Origin: Candidatus Omnitrophota bacterium
Lineage (GTDB): Bacteria > Omnitrophota > Omnitrophia > Omnitrophales > Aquincolibacteriaceae
Length of the DNA stretch: 44,003 nucleotides
Reading direction: 5' to 3'
NCBI GenBank assembly: GCA_041651495.1
Contig: JBAZJC010000001.1
Coordinates: forward strand, 1 to 44,003
Shown here: piece by piece, positions 16,491 to 24,345 of the stretch
Position numbering within the stretch: the first letter of the stretch is position 1
Layout: each line of letters opens with the position of its first letter
Made by a program: the position numbers and the translations under genes
The notes under the pieces: model-generated
What the model was told of the DNA's origin: nothing
The model's input: the letters and a program-made list of their open reading frames with translations, nothing else
The model's database searches: none

Positions 16491-17407
16491 TGATCTCCAG
16501 GGCAAAGTCCTGGCCGCCTAAAATAAAAAAACCAGCTACCTGGTTAGTTGTCGGCGGGGATGGGTTGATCGGTCGGCGTCTTGCCGTTGATGCGACGCGT
16601 TTCGCCGATCGAGTGGTTGTCTCCAGCCACCGTCCGCTTTTGCAAACTGGGAAGTTGTTTTTGGATTTGGCAGCCGGAACGGATAGAAGTGTTTTGGTTT
16701 CTGTTGCTGCAGATGTTGTTTTTTTGTGCGCGGCGATGACTTCTATGCAGTTTTGTCACGACAATCCGGATTTATCCAGGCAAACGAATGTGAACGGAAC
16801 GGTTCGCCTGGCGTCGGAGCTTGTTAAATTGGGCTGCTTTATCGTTTTTCTTTCAAGCAATGCCGTTTTTGATGGAAATACCGAAAAGCCCGACGAAGAT
16901 AGTTTGTATTGCCCCACCACGGAATATGGGCGGCAGAAAGTCAGCACGGAACAGCAGTTAATGGCTCTTTCGGAAAACAGCGGCTCTGTCGCCATTGTAC
17001 GGTTGTCTAAGGTGCTTACATCTGTTTCCGGAACGAGTGCAGAATTCGTCAAGCACTTGAAAGCCGGCGAACCTTGCCCTGCATTTGATAACCTGCGGTT
17101 GTCACCGGTTTCGCTTTCTTATGTGGTGGATGCGTTGCTTGCTGTTGCTAATGCAAGACATCCAGGCATATTTCATCTTTCCGGAGCTGAAGAAATGACC
17201 TATGCAGACTTCGCCAGACGTTTGGCCTCCTATACTGGAGCTGATCCGGCTTTGGTTCGCCCCTTATCTTCGGAGTCTCCCGATGTAAGGGTATTGTTTC
17301 GTCCAGAGCATCCGGCACTGGGCATGAGACGAACAACCAAATTGTTGGGAATCACACCTGAACCCACTTCGCACTTGCTGGAACGGCTCGTTATGCGGAG
17401 TGAGTAA
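16490..17407 (+). CDS. RmlD-like SDR (NDP-4-dehydro-6-deoxyhexose reductase family)
   Basis: LVVGGDGLIGRRL, FLSSNAVFDG and EYGRQK (YxxxK). The ATG at 16490 shares one nt with the upstream TGA. Confidence 0.75.
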   Translation: MISRAKSWPPKIKKPATWLVVGGDGLIGRRLAVDATRFADRVVVSSHRPLLQTGKLFLDLAAGTDRSVLVSVAADVVFLCAAMTSMQFCHDNPDLSRQTNVNGTVRLASELVKLGCFIVFLSSNAVFDGNTEKPDEDSLYCPTTEYGRQKVSTEQQLMALSENSGSVAIVRLSKVLTSVSGTSAEFVKHLKAGEPCPAFDNLRLSPVSLSYVVDALLAVANARHPGIFHLSGAEEMTYADFARRLASYTGADPALVRPLSSESPDVRVLFRPEHPALGMRRTTKLLGITPEPTSHLLERLVMRSE

Positions 17408-17408
17408 G

Positions 17409-18602
17409 ATGGATAAAAGCCGCGAGCTATCTTGTCCTCAAGCCTGCCAAATTTGCGGAGCCTCTGATTTGCATGAGGTAAAGGATTTCTCTTTACTTCC
17501 CAGGATCACATCGGATTGTCGCAGTTTCACTGCAGGCGGATGGCTTTTTGTCTGTTTTGCTTGCGGAGGCGTTCAAAAATTGCCGGATGCCCGCTGGTTA
17601 AAGGAAATAGAAAACATTTATTCAAATTATCAAACCTATTACCAATCAGGTGGAGACGAGCAGATTGTGTTCGACCGTGTGACAGGGACGCCCCGCCGGC
17701 GCAGTGATGTTATAATTGAACGTCTCGTTGCCGGCAATCAGCTTGGTGCAAAGGGACGCGCGATCGATGTGGGCTGCGGCAATGGCGCCACGCTAAACGC
17801 GATGTGCCGGGTGTTGACCGAATGGTCTTTCAGCGGATATGAGCTCGGGAACGAATCCTTGCCGCGTCTTTCACGTATACCAAGGTTTGAAAAACTTTAC
17901 ACCGGTACACTGGATGCCGTGAACGGGCGATTTGATCTGGTGACAATGATTCACTCCCTGGAGCATTTTCCATCCCCGAGCAACGCATTGATGCAACTAT
18001 TACCGGTTGTCGGAAACGGGAAAATTTTCATTGAGGTCTCCAACATTGAGGAAAATCCTTTCGACATTTTAATTGCCGACCATCTGATGCATTTCAGTCC
18101 TGAAACTCTTTCACATTTGATGTATCGCTGCGGATTTGAGGCTGTAACAGTCGCAACGGATTGGGTTCCCAAGGAAATATCGCTTGGGGCCAGGGCTGCA
18201 CAAAACGGCGTGAATCATGTTGGTCTCGGGCGGAAGGCAGAAGCATCTGCGGGCGACAAAGTGATGGCCCGTATAACTGTTTATGCAGATTGGCTGCACC
18301 GCATGGTTGCTGGGGTAAACCGACAGGCTCACGAAAAAAACTTATTCGGAATTTTTGGCACGTCGATTGCGGGGACGTGGCTTGCAAGCGCCATGGAAGA
18401 CGCGGTGGACTTTTTTGTTGATGAGGATCCAAATCGTGTTGGCAAGAAACATATGGGGAAGCCGATTCTTCATCCGTCCCAGGTGCCCCAAAGGGCAAAA
18501 GTTTATTTTGCTCTAGCTCCGAGTCTTGCCAGAAAGGTGGCAACCCGTGTACAATCAAAAAAATTCGAGCTGGTTTTGCCGCCGCCTTTGCAACTCACAT
18601 GA
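17409..18602 (+). CDS. Class I SAM methyltransferase with an N-terminal Cys-rich (Zn-ribbon-like) segment
   Basis: CPQACQICG...CFACG, then motif I IDVGCGNGATL. GGAG lies 8 nt upstream of ATG 17409; the ORF track uses GTG 17400. Confidence 0.78.
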   Translation: MDKSRELSCPQACQICGASDLHEVKDFSLLPRITSDCRSFTAGGWLFVCFACGGVQKLPDARWLKEIENIYSNYQTYYQSGGDEQIVFDRVTGTPRRRSDVIIERLVAGNQLGAKGRAIDVGCGNGATLNAMCRVLTEWSFSGYELGNESLPRLSRIPRFEKLYTGTLDAVNGRFDLVTMIHSLEHFPSPSNALMQLLPVVGNGKIFIEVSNIEENPFDILIADHLMHFSPETLSHLMYRCGFEAVTVATDWVPKEISLGARAAQNGVNHVGLGRKAEASAGDKVMARITVYADWLHRMVAGVNRQAHEKNLFGIFGTSIAGTWLASAMEDAVDFFVDEDPNRVGKKHMGKPILHPSQVPQRAKVYFALAPSLARKVATRVQSKKFELVLPPPLQLT

Positions 18603-18647
18603 TTCATTCGTGACCGGTAAAACACAGCAGTTCAAACAGGTTTGCTA

Positions 18648-19898
18648 ATGCGAATTCAATTTGAAGCTTTTTGCCGTGTGATCCGGGGCCGTTTCAAGGA
18701 GCGTGGGTGGGGTTGGTTCCTGTCAGGGCTTTTTCGTCGCTGTGGCATCGAGCTGCTATGGGTGCTCGTTCTTCCTTTTGGATTATTCGGGCATCTTTTG
18801 GGTTATCGAAGGCTTTACGCCCAAACGTGGCATATCGGACATCTTGCGGCAGACATCGATACTTTCCTTAAAGAAGACCGTCTCGGGTTGCTATCCAAGC
18901 AGTGTAGATTTGTCACTGCGCCCGCCAAACGTGTGGCAAATTGCCATTTGCTGGGGTATTGGCGTGAATTTGTTCCGATCGTTACTAATCCGTGGGCAGC
19001 ATTTGCACTTGAGTTGATATCACGGCGATGGCTGATGTATGAAGATCTTTCCCGGTACGTTTCTGGATACTTTGGGACTCAGGACATCTATCGCATCAAT
19101 CGGCTCTGGGGTGAGCGGGCATCTATCCTTCAGTTGAGTGAGACGGACAAGGTCTGGGGACGAAGCGAACTGCAGCACCTTGGCCTAAAGAAAGGACAGT
19201 GGTTCGTCTGCGTTCATGTTCGTGAGGGCAGTTATATCCCTAAAAATGAAGTGATTCAAGCCCACCGTAATGGTAACATTTCAAACACTATTCCGGCGAT
19301 GCAGGAAGTTGTCCGCCGCGGGGGGGTCTGTATTCGGATGGGAGATCCGGGCATGACGCCTTTGCCGTCGATACCGGGAGTTTTCGATTATGCGCATTAT
19401 TCTGGAAAATCCGAACGACTTGATGTTGTGCTTTGCGCTTTGGCACGTTTTTTTCTTGGGAATACGTCCGGTCTATCGCTTGTTAGCACGGTTTTTGGCG
19501 TTCCTGTTGCGCAAGCAAACATGGTTCCGGTGGCAACCCTCGGTGTTCGACATTGTGATTTAAGTATGCCAAAACTTCTTTGGAGCGAATCATTAGGAAG
19601 GCATCTGCGGTTTGACGAGATCTTGAGCTCGGAGATCGGAGGATATTTTTTTTCACATCAATACCGGCAAGCGGGCATTCGCGTTGAAGAAAACAGTCCT
19701 GAAGATATTCTGGACCTTACAACTGAAATGCTGGACCGTATCGCCCAACGCTTCATCGAAACATCGGAAGATGTTCGTTTGCAAGCCGCTTATTTTTCGC
19801 TCTTTAAACCGGGACATTATTCCTATGGTTCAAATTCACGCATTTGCTGCGGGTTTCTTCGCCGGCATCGCAATTTGCTGGAACGTGCGGATAGATAA
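18648..19898 (+). CDS. Conserved hypothetical protein; from memory resembles TIGR04372-type putative glycosyltransferases
   Basis: Long ORF with codon usage like its neighbours. It has an N-terminal hydrophobic segment and WFVCVHVRE...GNTSG motifs. The function assignment is unverified. The start is ATG 18648 or TTG 18642. Confidence 0.55.
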   Translation: MRIQFEAFCRVIRGRFKERGWGWFLSGLFRRCGIELLWVLVLPFGLFGHLLGYRRLYAQTWHIGHLAADIDTFLKEDRLGLLSKQCRFVTAPAKRVANCHLLGYWREFVPIVTNPWAAFALELISRRWLMYEDLSRYVSGYFGTQDIYRINRLWGERASILQLSETDKVWGRSELQHLGLKKGQWFVCVHVREGSYIPKNEVIQAHRNGNISNTIPAMQEVVRRGGVCIRMGDPGMTPLPSIPGVFDYAHYSGKSERLDVVLCALARFFLGNTSGLSLVSTVFGVPVAQANMVPVATLGVRHCDLSMPKLLWSESLGRHLRFDEILSSEIGGYFFSHQYRQAGIRVEENSPEDILDLTTEMLDRIAQRFIETSEDVRLQAAYFSLFKPGHYSYGSNSRICCGFLRRHRNLLERADR

Positions 19899-19913
19899 AA
19901 CTGGGGATGAATC

Positions 19914-21386
19914 ATGCTAAAAGCGATTAAGGAAATCAAAAAACGTTCCAAAAGAAAGAAAAATGTCGTTTTTGTCTCAGGAAATTTTAATGTTGTCCAT
20001 CCCGGACACCTGCGTCTTTTACGTTTCGCAAAGCAATGCGGGGATTTTCTGGTGGTCGGAGTTCATAGCGACCGGCAAGACATCGCAACGCTTTTGCCGG
20101 AGCACCTCCGCCTTGAGGGAGTACAATCCACGAGTTGGGTCGACTATGCGTTTATTTTGAAGGATAGTCCTGAGGAGTTCATCCGTCATTTCAAGCCAAA
20201 ATTTGTTGTAAAAGGACAAGAGCATGAGAACCAATTCAATCCGGAACTTGCGGTGGTCGAGTCCTACGGAGGTAAATTGCTTTTCAGTTCGGGGGAGGCG
20301 AGCTTTTCTTCGCTGGATCTCCTGCGGGACGAATTTAAAAATCTGAACTTTTCAACGATCGTGAAACCGAAGGATTTCCTCACCCGCCACCATTTTAATA
20401 TGCTGGATTTAAAAATGGTCGTTCAGAAAATGAAAGGGCTTCAGGTGGTGGTGATCGGCGAAACGATCGTGGATGAGTATATCACCTGTGATCCGTTAGG
20501 GATGTCGCAGGAGGACCCGACGATCGCCGTTACTCCGGTCGCCAAGGACCGCTTTGTGGGAGGGGCTGGCATCGTTGCGGCCCATGCGCGCGGCTTTGGC
20601 GCTGATGTGAAGTTTTTTTCTGTCGTGGGAAAAGATGAGGCGGGAGAACTTGTTCGCAACAGTTTGAAAGAACGCGAAGTCATGGCCCACCTTTATCTCG
20701 ACGAAAGTCGCCCCACCATACGCAAGGAAAGATTTCGCGCCCACGGGAAAACCCTCTTAAGGGTCAACCATTTTCACCAGCACCCCATTGATCGGAATAT
20801 CCAAAAAAAGATTCTCGAGGATCTTAGCAGCGCTTTGGAGGGTGTGAAGCTCCTCGTATTTTCGGATTTCAACTACGGTTGTCTCCCTCAACCTCTGGTG
20901 GATGAGATTATCGAACTCTGCCAGGCAAAAGATGTGATGATCGCGGCGGACAGCCAGGCTTCGTCTCAAGTGGGGTATGTATCGCGTTTTCATGATGCCT
21001 TTTTGATCACGCCCACCGAACGGGAAGCCCGCATTTCGGTGGGTGACTTTAACGCGGGGCTTGTGGTCCTCGCCGAAATGCTCAGGGCCAAAGCGCGAGC
21101 CAAAAATGTTTTATTGACCTTGGGTTCGGAGGGACTTTTAATACACGCGTCCACGCTCTTACCGGAAAAATGGCACACGGACCGTCTGCCGGCTATGAAC
21201 ACGGCCCCGAAGGATGTATCGGGCGCCGGAGATTCATTGCTCACTTGTGCTTCTATGGCGATGGCCGTGGGTGCGGATATCTGGCAGGCATCCTATTTAG
21301 GCTCGATCGCGGCGGCGTGCCAACTGAGTCGCATCGGCAACATTCCGCTAACGGCCAGTGCTTTGATGGCGGAGATCAAAAGTTGA
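19914..21386 (+). CDS. Bifunctional cytidylyltransferase-like / PfkB sugar kinase (HldE/RfaE-like but with inverted domain order)
   Basis: The N-terminus has VVFVSGNFNVVHPGHLRLLRFAK (HxGH nucleotidyltransferase). The C-terminus has VVVIGETIVDEY...GGAGIVA...DVSGAGDSLL (PfkB kinase). Confidence 0.82.
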   Translation: MLKAIKEIKKRSKRKKNVVFVSGNFNVVHPGHLRLLRFAKQCGDFLVVGVHSDRQDIATLLPEHLRLEGVQSTSWVDYAFILKDSPEEFIRHFKPKFVVKGQEHENQFNPELAVVESYGGKLLFSSGEASFSSLDLLRDEFKNLNFSTIVKPKDFLTRHHFNMLDLKMVVQKMKGLQVVVIGETIVDEYITCDPLGMSQEDPTIAVTPVAKDRFVGGAGIVAAHARGFGADVKFFSVVGKDEAGELVRNSLKEREVMAHLYLDESRPTIRKERFRAHGKTLLRVNHFHQHPIDRNIQKKILEDLSSALEGVKLLVFSDFNYGCLPQPLVDEIIELCQAKDVMIAADSQASSQVGYVSRFHDAFLITPTEREARISVGDFNAGLVVLAEMLRAKARAKNVLLTLGSEGLLIHASTLLPEKWHTDRLPAMNTAPKDVSGAGDSLLTCASMAMAVGADIWQASYLGSIAAACQLSRIGNIPLTASALMAEIKS

Positions 21387-22084
21387 AGGCGTTGCTTTTA
21401 GCAGCCGGATTAGGAGTCAGGCTCCGGCCTTTGACCAATACCATGCCCAAATGTTTGGTGCCGATATCCCAAAAACCTCTTTTGGGATATTGGTTAGAGA
21501 TGCTCGATCATGCCGGAGTTGGCCCCATTCTCATCAATCTTCACTACTTTGCCGATGCCGTTCGCGCCTATCTCGATACATGCCATTTTTCAAAAAGTAT
21601 CAACACGGTTTATGAAGAACGTCTGCTCGGAACGGCGGGGACACTTCTTAAAAACCGGGATTTTTTCGGACAGGAACCGCTCATGCTGGTTCATGCCGAC
21701 AACCTTTCGCGATTTGATGTAGAAGCTTTTATCCACAGGCATATCAGCCGCCCCCGGGGCTGTGAAATGACCATGATGACGTTCAACACGCCGGATCCGA
21801 AATCGTGCGGGATAGTTGTTCTTGATGACCGCGGCGTTGCGTGCTCATTTTATGAAAAAGTTCCTGATCCTCCGGGCAATCTTGCCAATGGCGCGGTTTA
21901 TATTCTTGAGCCGTCCGTGTTTGAATTTCTTGAACGCCTTGGGAAAGAAGTGATCGATTTTAGTACGGAAGTGCTGCCTCACTATATGGGACGCATTTTT
22001 ACATTTCATAATGATGTCTATCATCGGGACATTGGAACGATGGAAAGCTATGAAGCCGCGAACCGGGAATATGCCCATGGCTGA
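21383..22084 (+). CDS. Sugar-1-phosphate nucleotidyltransferase (HddC/GMP-like NTP_transferase)
   Basis: (M)KALLLAAGLGVRLRPLTNTMPKCLVPI. I place the start at TTG 21383, overlapping the upstream TGA. The ORF-track start 21170 lies inside the preceding gene. Confidence 0.8.
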   Translation: MKALLLAAGLGVRLRPLTNTMPKCLVPISQKPLLGYWLEMLDHAGVGPILINLHYFADAVRAYLDTCHFSKSINTVYEERLLGTAGTLLKNRDFFGQEPLMLVHADNLSRFDVEAFIHRHISRPRGCEMTMMTFNTPDPKSCGIVVLDDRGVACSFYEKVPDPPGNLANGAVYILEPSVFEFLERLGKEVIDFSTEVLPHYMGRIFTFHNDVYHRDIGTMESYEAANREYAHG

Positions 22085-22111
22085 TTCCCACTTATCCGTC
22101 CGGAGTGATCT

Positions 22112-23362
22112 TTGATAAAAAATCTTATAGGTCTGAGAGAGCCCCGGATTCTTAACCCAGCCATGGAGTATGCTTTATATTTTCTAGTGGTAGGGATCTC
22201 CATCTCAAACGCCTTAACCTCGATCGGGGTAGGAGCAGTGCTCGCGGTTTGGGGCTTAAAAAAAATAGTACTCCGGGAAAAACTGACTGTCCCGAAGCCT
22301 TGGATGATTCTGGCCGGTGTTCTTTTTATAGCCTATGCCCTTTCACTCATCAACTCTGAATACCTTGGGCAGAGCCTCTATGCTTTGTTCTTCAAGTATG
22401 GAAAATATCTTTTGCTAATGTTGGCGGTCGCGGATGGGGTCAAAGAAAAGCATGTCGCGATCAACATGGCTTGGGTGTTATGCGTGACCGCTACTTTTAT
22501 CTGTTTCGACGGATTCTACCAATTTTTTTCCGGGCGGGATCTTTTGTTGTTTCGTGAAGCCGGAAGGTTGGATGTCTATTATGGTGCTCAGGAGTTCCAT
22601 TCTTTCCGAGTTACGGCAACGTTCCCGGCGGCTAATACGTTCGCCTCTTATCTTGTGCCCGTTCTGATGCTAGGCCTGGCTCTCTCCTTTTTTTATGGAG
22701 CCAGGACACCGAAGACCGTTTGGAAAAAGGGGACTTGCTTGGGAAGCATGGTCTTGTGCCTTCTCTTAACGTTTTCTCGCGGAGGACTGATTGCTTGTTC
22801 AGGGGGCATCCTTTTTCTGTCCTTTCTATTCAAGAAAAAGATCCTGTGGATCATTCCCATGGTTTTCCTGGTAATTTTCTTGTTTGGAAAGAATCTCTAT
22901 GGAAACCGGGCAGCCAATGACGCTGCCATTGATCCCACGGTGGAGACGAGGCTTTTGATGTTGAAAGATGCCACGCGGATGTTTCAATCCCACCCTTGGA
23001 CGGGGATCGGTCTGAACACATACTACAAAACTCATGAAAAAAATCGCTCGCTCGCGATCCCGCCATCCTACGCACACAACGCTTATATTCAAATGATCGC
23101 GGAAGTCGGGATCGTGGGATTTATGTCTTTTATGGCTCTCATGATCTATTGGTTCAGACGGGGGATGAGATCGTTCGGAAAATTGTGCGACCCTGAGCTG
23201 AAATTCTTATTGGGAGGCGTGATGGCCGGCATATTAGGATTGTGCTTGGCGTCTTTTTTTGATAACGTTTTGTTCGAACTTCTGCCGGCAACGCTTTTTT
23301 GGGTTCTTATGGGATACGGTATCGCTCTTGCAGGAATAGGATCGGAAAACAGCAACTTATGA
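22112..23362 (+). CDS. O-antigen ligase / Wzy_C-family polytopic membrane protein
   Basis: About 10-12 hydrophobic segments, with a loop carrying AHNAYIQMIAEVGIVG that is typical of WaaL/O-antigen-polymerase-domain proteins. Confidence 0.75.
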   Translation: MIKNLIGLREPRILNPAMEYALYFLVVGISISNALTSIGVGAVLAVWGLKKIVLREKLTVPKPWMILAGVLFIAYALSLINSEYLGQSLYALFFKYGKYLLLMLAVADGVKEKHVAINMAWVLCVTATFICFDGFYQFFSGRDLLLFREAGRLDVYYGAQEFHSFRVTATFPAANTFASYLVPVLMLGLALSFFYGARTPKTVWKKGTCLGSMVLCLLLTFSRGGLIACSGGILFLSFLFKKKILWIIPMVFLVIFLFGKNLYGNRAANDAAIDPTVETRLLMLKDATRMFQSHPWTGIGLNTYYKTHEKNRSLAIPPSYAHNAYIQMIAEVGIVGFMSFMALMIYWFRRGMRSFGKLCDPELKFLLGGVMAGILGLCLASFFDNVLFELLPATLFWVLMGYGIALAGIGSENSNL

Positions 23363-24330
23363 AAACTGTGGTTTTGAGCATCATCATCGTTCACTACAGG
23401 ACACGGGAGCTCACACTTCAGTGTCTGAGATCCATCCAGGAATTTAGTCCCCGCTTTTCTCACGAAATCATTTTGATCGACAATGGCTCCCAGGACGAGA
23501 TTGGAGAGAAGGTTGCGGGAGAGTTCCCGGAGGTCCGGCTTATTGAAACGGGGAGAAACGATGGTTTTAGCCGGGCGAATAATCTCGGGATCGTGAACGC
23601 TCGAGGCCAATACATGCTCCTTCTTAATAGCGACACGAAAATCCTCGAGCCGGTCTTTGACCGTCTTGTCCAGATTATGGATTCGCGTCCCGAAGTGGGA
23701 TGCCTCGGACCCCAGCATGTCGGCGGCGATGGGCGACATCAGGTTTCTTACGGAAAATTCCCGGATCTTTTCACCGAGATCCTTCGAAAGATCGTGGACT
23801 ACCGGATCGCGCTTAACGATCTGAACATCCGGGGACATCTCAGAGAATTGTGTTCCATCGAACAAGAAGTCGATTGGCTTTCGGGCTCTTGTCTGCTTTT
23901 GCGTCGCGAAGCGCTACGCCAGGCAGGACTCTTCGATGAATCCTTTTTTATGTATTTTGAGGATATCGATCTCTGCAAAAGAATCCATGAACGGGGGTGG
24001 AAAATTGTTTTTTGTCCTCTGTCAAAGATCCTTCATTACAGCGGCCAATCGGTTAAAGAGAATATCCTTGCGGGACTCGTAGCCTACCGGCAAAGTCAGA
24101 TCTATTTTGCCCGAAAACATTATGGCCGCCGGGGAGATTATATCGTTCGGATCGTGCTTTTTTTGAAATTTGGAACCATCGTCGCACGGGCCTTGCTGGA
24201 GTTTGCGGCAAAGAAGCTTCTGGGACGGAATACTGAAGCTGCTTATATCAAAATGCTTCTTTCCAAAAAAGTCTTCGAGATGATCTTCCAACGCAACCGG
24301 ATGCGTCCGGTCGAACCGATGTTGAATTAG
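23359..24330 (+). CDS. Family 2 glycosyltransferase
   Basis: LSIIIVHYRT, IDNGSQD, SGSCLLLRREAL and FEDIDLCKR. The ATG at 23359 overlaps the upstream stop (ATGA). Confidence 0.85.
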   Translation: MKTVVLSIIIVHYRTRELTLQCLRSIQEFSPRFSHEIILIDNGSQDEIGEKVAGEFPEVRLIETGRNDGFSRANNLGIVNARGQYMLLLNSDTKILEPVFDRLVQIMDSRPEVGCLGPQHVGGDGRHQVSYGKFPDLFTEILRKIVDYRIALNDLNIRGHLRELCSIEQEVDWLSGSCLLLRREALRQAGLFDESFFMYFEDIDLCKRIHERGWKIVFCPLSKILHYSGQSVKENILAGLVAYRQSQIYFARKHYGRRGDYIVRIVLFLKFGTIVARALLEFAAKKLLGRNTEAAYIKMLLSKKVFEMIFQRNRMRPVEPMLN

Positions 24331-24345
24331 AGCAAGGAAGATCAT

